This document shows, piece after piece, positions 29,176 through 37,346 of a stretch of 45,388 nucleotides of DNA. The notes below the pieces were generated by a model. That model was not told the origin of the DNA. It did not search any database and was given only the letters and a program-made list of their open reading frames with translations. The position numbers and the translations under genes are program-made. Source of the DNA: Bacteriovoracaceae bacterium (lineage in GTDB: Bacteria; Bdellovibrionota; Bacteriovoracia; Bacteriovoracales; Bacteriovoracaceae); the NCBI GenBank assembly GCA_049599895.1, contig JBMYPC010000005.1, forward strand, positions 1-45,388, written 5' to 3'. How positions within the stretch are numbered: the first letter of the stretch is position 1; each line of letters starts with the position of its first letter.

Positions 29176-31628
29176 TGTTGAGCTGGTTATTCATTTTTAT
29201 ATTTTCGGCACAGGCCAATATTATCGATGATCTCATCGTTAAGAAAAGAAACTTCGTTGAACAACGAGTTTCGGAAAAAAGAAAACAAGAACAAGGTTTT
29301 TCTAATCTTGAAATTAGGGATCTTGATAAGTTTAAGTTACAGATCCCTCTTGGGACCTTTTATTATCTTAAACTTTCTCCAGAACAAATCGAATCTTTAG
29401 ATTTGAAAGCACCGCAAATGCAAAATGTGATTTTTGATACGATACAGCTCTCAGCAATGGAGCTAAGTGATGATCAGTTTGATCAAATGGAGCTTTCAAA
29501 AGAGCAAAAATCCAATCTCAAACTTTCGTCATTCGAGGTCGGAGGCATTTCAAGGTTAAAAAAGAAGCTTCAAACTTCTCCTCAAAATTTAACCACAAAA
29601 GAACTTGAAGAACTTGGTCTTTCTTCTGATCAATTTGAGCAATTGAACCTTACTCCCAGTCAGATTCTAAAGCTTGTTCCAACATTAAAGCAAATCTCTT
29701 TACTTCAAGAGTCTCTACAGACTCAACTCGTTTACGAGCAATTTGAGCAACTGAAACTCACAAAGAATCAATTGAATCGGTTACGCTTAAATAGCCGACA
29801 ATATGAATATTTACAGGTCGTGAGATTTAAAGACTTTCAGCTAAATCTCGCTCCTGAGCAACTCGCAGCACTTGATTTAACATATTCTCAAATGCTTCAG
29901 TTAAGGTTGAATCAGGGACAGTTATCAAAGATTCAATTACTTCCGGGGCAAATTAGCTTTCTTGGAGTTAAGTTTTTAAAGAGTAATGTCCAAGGGATTC
30001 AAGTTGATTCTCTTGCCAGGTTACAAGAGTCAAGTTATCCGTTAACACAGTATCAATTCAAGCAACTAAATCTTGAAAAGTGGCAAGTTCAGAACCTTAC
30101 TTTTAACTTAAACCAAGTAAAAAGTTTAAGGGAATATTTTGAAAGCCAAATTGAGAAACAGTCAATTATAACACTTATTGATTTTCTTTATCCCTATCAA
30201 GTTGCTTCACTAAACTTTACAGCTGAACAGGTTAATAAGATTCTCTTTTCAAAAGATCAGTTGAAGGATATGGAAATTACAGAGAATCAGCTTTCCCGTA
30301 TTGGAATAAACAATCTTGATGAATTACAGCGATTTGATCAACTTGGAGGTTTAGGCCTTTCATTTGAACAGATTATGAAGGCCAAATTACTTCGGTCTCA
30401 GGTTCAGTTTGTCGATTTTTCTGATGAGCAGTATCAAAAGATCGTTGATCTTTATAATAAAAATGTCGTTTTAAATCGTGTGATCGAGCATCTCAAAGAA
30501 GTCGATGATATTGAAACAGCGAACTCTCGTTTTCTTGACATTCAATTAAGTAAAATAGAGCTGAGCCCTGTTCAACTTGCGTTAGTCGATTTCACCAGAT
30601 TGCAACTTCAAAAATCAGGAATTTCTGAAATTGAATACCGTGCTTTTCAGAAAAAGACTCTTGAGAGTTGGAAAGGGCAAGATATTCAAAAAATTGAAAA
30701 AATGCTTATTGGGTTGAAGGTCGATAAGGCTAAGGTCGTAGACTTTTTTAAAGTTCGTAATAAGAACTTTATCGAGAAGGCCAATTATCAAAATGTTCGA
30801 AAACTGAACCTTTCAAGAGAACAAATTGAACAGCTTGGTATCACATATCCCGATTTCCAGAAGTTTCGATCTGGGGTTTCTAATAAGGATGTCAATGACA
30901 GAGTCCAATATCGTGTGGATGGTATGAGGCTGACTTCTGAACAGATCTTGGACCTTAATATTTCATCAGGCGTAATCTTTAGAAAAGAGTTGACCCCACT
31001 CGAAAAGGTTCATCTTTCTTTAAGTAAAGAAGATCTCAAAGGCTCAGGTTTGGATTATAAAGACCTCAACTATTATAGAATGTTTTATAGTCTAAAAGAG
31101 AAAGAATTTTTTGATGAAAATTCACGAACATTACTCTTTCGTTTAAAGAAAATTGTAATCACAAATGATCAATTGATTCGAATTCCACTATCTTCAACTC
31201 AGCTCTCTAAACTTGACCTTAACCGTGATCAAGTTTCTATGGTTCAGTTTATTTCTCAGAATGAAGTCTTACCTATTGAGGGTGATGAACTCGCTCTTTA
31301 TCGGCTTGCCGAAATGGCGATTGTCTCGAATACAAAGTTTTCAAATGAAAATAAAACTTTTATGGAATCAGTTCAATTCAAAGGGCAAAAAAATAGTCTT
31401 ATCCCTTGGGACGATATAGATACTAATGAATTTCTTAGTCTTGAGTTTTGGAAAGAACAAAGAGTAAAGAAAACTATCCCTTTTGGAAAAATATTTGGAA
31501 AGAACAGTCCCACAAAGAACTCGTGGCGCGAGTACTTGATTGTGTTGGTGATTGTGTTCTTTATAAAGGTGATCGACATTCAAAATTATCTTCTCGTAGC
31601 AAAATTCATGAAGGTGATGAGGTCGTGA
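29175..31628 (+). CDS. Secreted decapeptide-repeat (LxL[ST]xxQ) protein; probable N-terminal part of a frameshifted gene
   Basis: Signal peptide MLSWLFIFIFSAQA; many 10-aa repeats; 181-nt overlap with the next ORF in the -1 frame. Confidence 0.75.
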   Translation: MLSWLFIFIFSAQANIIDDLIVKKRNFVEQRVSEKRKQEQGFSNLEIRDLDKFKLQIPLGTFYYLKLSPEQIESLDLKAPQMQNVIFDTIQLSAMELSDDQFDQMELSKEQKSNLKLSSFEVGGISRLKKKLQTSPQNLTTKELEELGLSSDQFEQLNLTPSQILKLVPTLKQISLLQESLQTQLVYEQFEQLKLTKNQLNRLRLNSRQYEYLQVVRFKDFQLNLAPEQLAALDLTYSQMLQLRLNQGQLSKIQLLPGQISFLGVKFLKSNVQGIQVDSLARLQESSYPLTQYQFKQLNLEKWQVQNLTFNLNQVKSLREYFESQIEKQSIITLIDFLYPYQVASLNFTAEQVNKILFSKDQLKDMEITENQLSRIGINNLDELQRFDQLGGLGLSFEQIMKAKLLRSQVQFVDFSDEQYQKIVDLYNKNVVLNRVIEHLKEVDDIETANSRFLDIQLSKIELSPVQLALVDFTRLQLQKSGISEIEYRAFQKKTLESWKGQDIQKIEKMLIGLKVDKAKVVDFFKVRNKNFIEKANYQNVRKLNLSREQIEQLGITYPDFQKFRSGVSNKDVNDRVQYRVDGMRLTSEQILDLNISSGVIFRKELTPLEKVHLSLSKEDLKGSGLDYKDLNYYRMFYSLKEKEFFDENSRTLLFRLKKIVITNDQLIRIPLSSTQLSKLDLNRDQVSMVQFISQNEVLPIEGDELALYRLAEMAIVSNTKFSNENKTFMESVQFKGQKNSLIPWDDIDTNEFLSLEFWKEQRVKKTIPFGKIFGKNSPTKNSWREYLIVLVIVFFIKVIDIQNYLLVAKFMKVMRS

Positions 31629-32713
31629 CAGGAAAGGGTGGGCATCTTTATATTCTATTACTCGATGGGCAACTTATTAAAGTTGCTCCCGAGACATCTT
31701 TAACGTTTCATGAAGTTAACATTGGGACAGAAAATATCTTCTTTAATCTTGCTTTAAATTGGGGAAATATTCGTGGAATCGCAAGAGACAGAAAAGCTTA
31801 TCCCTACCAAAACCAACGAGAAACGGAGCAACTTTTTTTACCTCTTGCCATTCGTGAAGCCAATATTGAGAGAACAAATACTTCAGATCTTTTTCAAGAT
31901 AATAAAGGCAAAAAACTAGTTGATAAGCTCAATGACAAGATTGATCTTCATAATACTGATCTTGGATCAAGATATAGTTCCTATTTTATCACTTTCTTTA
32001 ATGGTTATTTGAATTGTGAGTCATGCAGCTTTGAAATCCTTAGCCTCATGGGCAACAAAAGCTATATAAAAATCCCTGAAGTCAGCAATATTGAATATTG
32101 GACGAAGCAAAGAGGGATTCCTCCTCGTGCACCTAATATTGTAAGTTACAGTGGTGAAGCTTTCAAAGACCTTGAATATAAAACCTGGTATCAATTAAAT
32201 AGTGATGGAGATCTTGATCAAGATAAAGACGATCAAAAAAAGCTTTATTTTAATGATTATTTAACTTCCTATATCCCCACTCTTTTACACGGAAGAGAGA
32301 TCTTTTTTCAGCGATACTTTAAGGACCTTTACTCATCGTTAATTTCACCGAGAGAACTTGCCAATAAATTCGGCTACCGTTTGTGGGGGCGAGAAAAGTT
32401 TCAAGGGCAAGACGATATGAATGCCAGGATGTTTTATGTGAAAAAACATGCTCTTAAGACAATCAAAACCAGAAAGCGACAATTTGATAGTTATCAAAAT
32501 ATTTTAAAGTATCGTGGGAAGAAAAACACATTGAAGCAAGAATTCAAGCAAGTCTATTTTAAGCGTTCAATGGAGGCCCTTATAAGAAATACTAATAATC
32601 TTAAAAACTTAAACTCCGATGTTCGTTACCTCAATAGTTTAAGGAAAAAGCTTTGGGATCAACTCAATTTCTACAATTTAAGAGATGATTCTCTTTTTGT
32701 TCATAAAAACTAA
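31448..32713 (+). CDS. FecR-domain protein; probable C-terminal part of the frameshifted gene
   Basis: IHEGDEVVTGKGGHLYILLLDGQLIKVAPETSL is a FecR signature; weak TTG start and no signal peptide. Confidence 0.75.
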   Translation: MERTKSKENYPFWKNIWKEQSHKELVARVLDCVGDCVLYKGDRHSKLSSRSKIHEGDEVVTGKGGHLYILLLDGQLIKVAPETSLTFHEVNIGTENIFFNLALNWGNIRGIARDRKAYPYQNQRETEQLFLPLAIREANIERTNTSDLFQDNKGKKLVDKLNDKIDLHNTDLGSRYSSYFITFFNGYLNCESCSFEILSLMGNKSYIKIPEVSNIEYWTKQRGIPPRAPNIVSYSGEAFKDLEYKTWYQLNSDGDLDQDKDDQKKLYFNDYLTSYIPTLLHGREIFFQRYFKDLYSSLISPRELANKFGYRLWGREKFQGQDDMNARMFYVKKHALKTIKTRKRQFDSYQNILKYRGKKNTLKQEFKQVYFKRSMEALIRNTNNLKNLNSDVRYLNSLRKKLWDQLNFYNLRDDSLFVHKN

Positions 32714-32716
32714 GTT

Positions 32717-33721
32717 TTATAAAAGGTTTTCATTAGTTTCATTGTTCACAAAGGATTCAATGTTCTTGAGAGTCGTTTGAGAAATTTCACTTAAAGCTTC
32801 TTGAGTTAAAAAGGCTTGGTGTGAGGTGATGAGAACATTGGGAAAAGTCGTGAGCCTTGCCAATCGATCATCGTAGAGGATTCCTGATGAAAGGTCCTTA
32901 AAGAAAACTCCTTCCTCTTCTTCATAAACATCTAATCCAAGTGATCCAATTTTTTTATTCTTAATATTCTGAACCATGGAGTTGGTATCAATTAAACCTC
33001 CACGACTAGTGTTAATAAGCATAAGTCCATCTTTCATAAGTTTAAAAGAATCTTCACCGAGAAGGTGGTGGGTTTCTTCTGTAAGAGGGGCGTGAAGTGA
33101 AATAATGTCAGAGTTTTGATAGAGCTCTTCAAGATCACAATATTGAACATTGGTGAGATTTGCCACTTCTTCATTGGGAAATTTGTCGTAGGCTAAAACC
33201 TTCATGCCAAAACCACGAGCGATCTTAACAACCTCCATTCCAATTTTTCCCGTGCCAATAATCCCAATCGTTTTCTTATAAAGGTCAAAACCTGTAAGAC
33301 CATTCAGAGAAAAGTTGAAATCTCTTACTCGGTGATAGCTTTTATGGATTTTTCTATTGAGACTTAAGATGAGAGCGAAAGTGTGCTCTGCGATAGCATG
33401 GGGAGAATAAGCAGGGACCCTGGCAACTGAAATTCCAATCTTTTTTGCATATTCAAGGTCGATATTATTAAAACCAGCCGAACGAAGTGCGATGTGTCTA
33501 ACTCCTCTTTCTTTAAAAATATCCAGAACATACTTATCGGCCTTGTCTTCAACAAAGAGACTGACGATCTCTGAATCTCTTACTAGTTCGGCTGTTTGGT
33601 GATTCAGGTTGGTCTCAAGGTAGCGACAATCAAAGAGGCTTGGCTCAAAGGTTTTTTGAAGGAAGGGAACCTCAAAGCTATTTGAAGAAAAAAATGTGAT
33701 TGTTTTACTTTTGTTATTCAT
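32717..33721 (-). CDS. ldhA: NAD-dependent D-lactate dehydrogenase (2-hydroxyacid dehydrogenase)
   Basis: LRSAGFNNID, RVPAYSPHAIAEH, GTGKIG, INTSRG, DVYEEE, TSHQAFLT. Confidence 0.9.
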   Translation of the reverse strand: MNNKSKTITFFSSNSFEVPFLQKTFEPSLFDCRYLETNLNHQTAELVRDSEIVSLFVEDKADKYVLDIFKERGVRHIALRSAGFNNIDLEYAKKIGISVARVPAYSPHAIAEHTFALILSLNRKIHKSYHRVRDFNFSLNGLTGFDLYKKTIGIIGTGKIGMEVVKIARGFGMKVLAYDKFPNEEVANLTNVQYCDLEELYQNSDIISLHAPLTEETHHLLGEDSFKLMKDGLMLINTSRGGLIDTNSMVQNIKNKKIGSLGLDVYEEEEGVFFKDLSSGILYDDRLARLTTFPNVLITSHQAFLTQEALSEISQTTLKNIESFVNNETNENLL

Positions 33722-33762
33722 ACTTAACCTCTTAATCTTAAATCTTAAATTTAACTTTCCTG

Positions 33763-33805
33763 TATGATCTATATCATATTCTCTCCAACTACTTAATGTT
33801 ACTTT
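33763..33805 (+). promoter_or_regulatory. FNR/CRP-family box with class II promoter geometry
   Basis: Palindrome TATGAT-CTAT-ATCATA (33763-33778); TGn-TACTTT extended -10 (33797-33805) would place the box centre at -41.5. Confidence 0.6.
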
Positions 33806-33841
33806 TATTTTAAGGATCTTAAAAAACTTCGGAGTTGTTAA

Positions 33842-34660
33842 ATGTCAAAGTGGATAATCACACTGGTAGGATTATTATTTTTCAGTTCATCAAATGCTAA
33901 CTTTCAACAAAACATTTCAAATCAAGAGCTTTACCTTCATGGGAAGCAGGCTTACGAAATGCGTTGTTCAGGCTGTCACGGCAAAGCAGGTAATGGTCAA
34001 GGACCGGGAGCTGTCTTTTTAGATCCCAAGCCTAGAGATTTCACCACAGGAGTCTTTAAGTTTAAGTCGACCCCCATTGATGCTCTACCTACAGATGAAG
34101 ACTTGATGAGAATTCTTTCTAAAGGTGTTGCAGGTACGAGTATGCCAGCTTTTCCTCTTGTTCCAGAGCAAGAGCGGTTTGCCATCATTCAATACATCAA
34201 AGGTTTCTCAACTGAATGGTCCGACAAGGAAAGAATACAATCTGCATATTCTGGCGCAACATTTCCCCTAGAAGACTTTAAGGACCATGGAAAGTTTATC
34301 GAAAGGGCTACCAAGGGACGTGCTCTTTACGTTGAATCATGTGCTGTCTGCCATGGTCAAAAAGGAATTGGTGATGGGCCAGGGGCAGTTGACCTTGAAG
34401 ATGATTGGGGAAATCCAATTAAGCCTGCAGATATTTCAAAGAAAACTATCAAATCAGGAAAGTCCGTCAAAGACATCTATAGAGTCATCCTAAGTGGGAT
34501 TGGGGGAACTCCAATGCCTTCATTTAAAGATGCTTATTCTGATGAGGAGCTATGGGACCTCGCAGCCTTCATTCTCTACTTAAGAGGGAAGGCCAATGAT
34601 CACTACGGTGATAAAGATTACGTTAAACCTATTTCTAAAGAAGAAGTTGGAGAAGAATAA
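33842..34660 (+). CDS. Diheme cytochrome c (exported)
   Basis: Signal peptide; CSGCH and CAVCH; PKPRDF; distal Met in GTSMPAF and GTPMPSF. Confidence 0.92.
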   Translation: MSKWIITLVGLLFFSSSNANFQQNISNQELYLHGKQAYEMRCSGCHGKAGNGQGPGAVFLDPKPRDFTTGVFKFKSTPIDALPTDEDLMRILSKGVAGTSMPAFPLVPEQERFAIIQYIKGFSTEWSDKERIQSAYSGATFPLEDFKDHGKFIERATKGRALYVESCAVCHGQKGIGDGPGAVDLEDDWGNPIKPADISKKTIKSGKSVKDIYRVILSGIGGTPMPSFKDAYSDEELWDLAAFILYLRGKANDHYGDKDYVKPISKEEVGEE

Positions 34661-36039
34661 TGTCTGAAGTACAAACGAACTTAGTGCCTAAGAAACTTGT
34701 ATGGGCCCATTTAATTATTTCGTTAGTTTATATTCTCATCGTCGTACTTGCGGGCCTTGGGTATTCACTACAGTTTATTAACTTATATCCTTTTCCAGAA
34801 ATTGAATTTTTAAGTCCTGGTCGAGTGAGAATGGTTCATACTCAAGCTGTTGCTTATGCTTGGATTGCGAACATCTTTTTCGCCATTATTCTTTATATGA
34901 TTCCTAAGCTTACAAAAAAACCGATCTTTTCTGAGAAATTGGGATGGATTGTTTTTTGGTGTTATAACATCTTGATTGTTGCCACCGTTGTTATGATCCT
35001 AGGTGGTTTTGCTCAAGCTCTTGAATGGGGTGAAACTCCAAAGATTCTCGATCCATTTATTGCTCTTTTTGCCACTCTTTTTGTGATCAATGCTTGTGGA
35101 AGTATTTGGCGAGGAAGAGATCAACCATTTTACGTTACAGTTTGGTACGTTCTCGCAGCACTTATTTGGACTCCACTAGTTTATCTTATGGGGAACTTTT
35201 CTGAGTACTTTGTTGGAGGCTCAGGTGGAGCGACAATTACCTCAATGTACATCCATGACCTTGTTGGTCTATTCGTGACACCTGTTGGAACGGGAATGGT
35301 TTATTACCTTCTACCAGTTCTTATGAGAAAGCCTCTTTATAGTCACGCCTTATCACTCATTGGTTTCTGGGGATTGGCGTTCTTTTATCCTATGAACTCT
35401 GCTCACCATTATCTCTTTTCACCAATTCCAATGTGGGCCCAATACGCTTCTATTGTTGCATCAGTAGGTGTTCACGTCGTTGTTTACACTGTTGTCTTTA
35501 ATATTATTGCAACTATGGCAACTGATTGGAAGCGAGTTGTTGAAAGCGTTCCACTGCAATGGATTTTAGTAGGGGCGATTAGTTATCTTATTACTTGTAT
35601 TCAATGTGCGGTTCACGTAACACTTGCGGTTCAAGAAATCATTCACTTCACTGACTGGGTTGTTGGACATGCTCACTTAGTTCTTTTCGGTACATTTAGT
35701 TTTTGGGCTTTTGCATGGATTTATTATCTTATTCCCAAATATTTTAAGAGAAAAATTTATTCAAATGCTCTTACTCAATGGCACTTTTGGCTATCAACAC
35801 TTGGGATTCTCTTAATGGATATCGACCTTATGTGTGCAGGACTGGTTCAAGGATATATGTGGAAATCATTATCACCATTTATTGATAGTGTTGTGGCTTC
35901 AATTCCATTTTGGTGGGTGAGAACATTAAGTGGAACAGCGATTTTCGTTGGGATTGTCTGCTTTTTAATTAACATGTTTATGACTTTTACAAGTTCAGAG
36001 GTTAAAAATGAAAATGCTCAAGAGGCGGCAGTAGCATGA
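34660..36039 (+). CDS. ccoN: cbb3-type (C-family) heme-copper oxidase subunit I, divergent
   Basis: RMVHTQ, YIHD, FYPMNSAHH, TDWVVGHAH: six His ligands plus the helix VII Tyr; many TM segments. Confidence 0.88.
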   Translation: MSEVQTNLVPKKLVWAHLIISLVYILIVVLAGLGYSLQFINLYPFPEIEFLSPGRVRMVHTQAVAYAWIANIFFAIILYMIPKLTKKPIFSEKLGWIVFWCYNILIVATVVMILGGFAQALEWGETPKILDPFIALFATLFVINACGSIWRGRDQPFYVTVWYVLAALIWTPLVYLMGNFSEYFVGGSGGATITSMYIHDLVGLFVTPVGTGMVYYLLPVLMRKPLYSHALSLIGFWGLAFFYPMNSAHHYLFSPIPMWAQYASIVASVGVHVVVYTVVFNIIATMATDWKRVVESVPLQWILVGAISYLITCIQCAVHVTLAVQEIIHFTDWVVGHAHLVLFGTFSFWAFAWIYYLIPKYFKRKIYSNALTQWHFWLSTLGILLMDIDLMCAGLVQGYMWKSLSPFIDSVVASIPFWWVRTLSGTAIFVGIVCFLINMFMTFTSSEVKNENAQEAAVA

Positions 36040-36662
36040 AGAATTTAGAGAAGTTTAGTACAGTCTTTTTAGTCGCAGGTTTTGGAAGTTTCTTAGTTGC
36101 CTTTTTGGTTCTTGGAATTTGGCCTGCCATGATGACAAATAATATACCTGAAGATGGTGGTCTTCCTGGTGAAATCCCTGACGACTTTAAGGTCTATTAC
36201 ACCACACTTGAAGATTACCAAAAAGCATTGCTTCGAGGACGAGATCTATATGTTGCTGAAGCTTGCTGGCATTGCCACAGCCAGTATGTAAGACCGGTTG
36301 GAGCCGAAAGTGTTCGTTACGGTTTAATCTCAACCCCTGGAGAGTACGAAAACGAGCTTAACCGTCCTCAACTTTTTGGGACAAGAAGAGTTGGACCAGA
36401 TCTTACGAGAGAAGCAGGTAAACGAACGAATGATTGGCATTTTGCTCACCTTTATGACCCAAAAAATACCGTTGTCGAGTCTGTGATGCCTCGTTACTCA
36501 TGGTATTTTGAAAAAGGAACAAATCCTCCTAAGCCAACTAAAGATGGGGTTGCTCTTGTGGCCTATATTCAAAGCTTAGGGAAGTGGGCGACATCTGTGA
36601 ATAGTACTCATCATGATATGAATGAAGTGATAATGCCTCCAGTGGTTCCGAGTGGAAACTAG
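36036..36662 (+). CDS. ccoO: cbb3-type cytochrome c oxidase subunit II
   Basis: GRDLYVAEACWHCHSQYVRP, GTRRVGPDL, WHFAHLYDP, SVMP. Confidence 0.93.
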   Translation: MKNLEKFSTVFLVAGFGSFLVAFLVLGIWPAMMTNNIPEDGGLPGEIPDDFKVYYTTLEDYQKALLRGRDLYVAEACWHCHSQYVRPVGAESVRYGLISTPGEYENELNRPQLFGTRRVGPDLTREAGKRTNDWHFAHLYDPKNTVVESVMPRYSWYFEKGTNPPKPTKDGVALVAYIQSLGKWATSVNSTHHDMNEVIMPPVVPSGN

Positions 36663-36663
36663 C

Positions 36664-36927
36664 ATGGAAAAGAAAAAAGAAAATTTTTATCGTATTCCAT
36701 TTTTTATTGCTCTTACAGTCTTTTGCACATGTGTGAGTATTATTTATGTAACTGATAAAGAGAATATGAACGCTTCAATTTATCTCGTAAGCGGAATTTA
36801 TTCTTTTATTTGTCTTTCATTTCTTCTCTTTCAATTGTATGCCTTTGTTAAGGCCCATACTGATTATGATGAAGATGTTGAGGATATTAAGTATGCTGTT
36901 TTCGAAGCTGAAAAAGACGTGGAGTAA
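36664..36927 (+). CDS. Small 2-TM protein with CcoS-like acidic tail
   Basis: ATG 1 nt after the ccoO stop; two hydrophobic segments; tail DYDEDVEDIKYAVFE. Confidence 0.6.
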   Translation: MEKKKENFYRIPFFIALTVFCTCVSIIYVTDKENMNASIYLVSGIYSFICLSFLLFQLYAFVKAHTDYDEDVEDIKYAVFEAEKDVE

Positions 36928-37135
36928 ACATGTTTCTCAGATAGGGGCTCCTTGCTTTGTCTGTAGTGTTGACTCAACTGACCTAAAGATTTTTGTCTTC
37001 GGAGTCATTGGGTTTCTTGTTGGAGCGACTCTTTTATGGGCAGCAGGGTTTTATTTAAAAGGAAGTTTTAATAATCCAGAATCATTAAATGATTACCCAT
37101 TAAAACTTGAAAGTCAGGAGAATTTAGATGAGTGA
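36893..37135 (+). CDS. Small membrane protein with CxxC and CcoS-like segment; start uncertain
   Basis: PCFVC, TM segment, then YLKGSFNNPESL. Start is ATG 36893 (after GAGGA) or ATG 36930 (after GGAG) if one T is missing at 36933-36935. Confidence 0.55.
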   Translation: MLFSKLKKTWSKHVSQIGAPCFVCSVDSTDLKIFVFGVIGFLVGATLLWAAGFYLKGSFNNPESLNDYPLKLESQENLDE

Positions 37136-37304
37136 GAAACCGATGAATGTAAAAGATGATAGCGGTTACGAGTTTAAAGCAGAATATAAGTCTCATAAGA
37201 TTCCATTTGTGATTAAACTGGTTTGGGTTGTTCTTATTCTTTGGGGTCTTTACTATTCTTTTAAGTTTGCGGTTCCTGATCTTAATATTTGGCTAGCGAA
37301 ATAG
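37128..37304 (+). CDS. 58-aa single-TM protein resembling the CcoP/FixP N-terminal anchor (absent from ORF track)
   Basis: MSEKPMNVKDDSGYEFKAEYKSHKIPFVIKLVWVVLILWGLYYSFKFAVPDLNIWLAK*; AGGAG RBS. Confidence 0.7.
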   Translation: MSEKPMNVKDDSGYEFKAEYKSHKIPFVIKLVWVVLILWGLYYSFKFAVPDLNIWLAK

Positions 37305-37346
37305 TCACCTTCCGTGAATCACTTCTCTGGATTCAGGGAGCCTAAT

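Noticed and set aside
33723..33754. Repeated CTTAA units upstream of ldhA
   Set aside because: Irregular spacing in AT-rich DNA; not distinguishable from low complexity.
34660..36039. Calling the ccoN-like gene a nitric oxide reductase
   Set aside because: It retains the helix VII Tyr, lacks the HLWVEG motif of NorB, and is followed by a clear ccoO.
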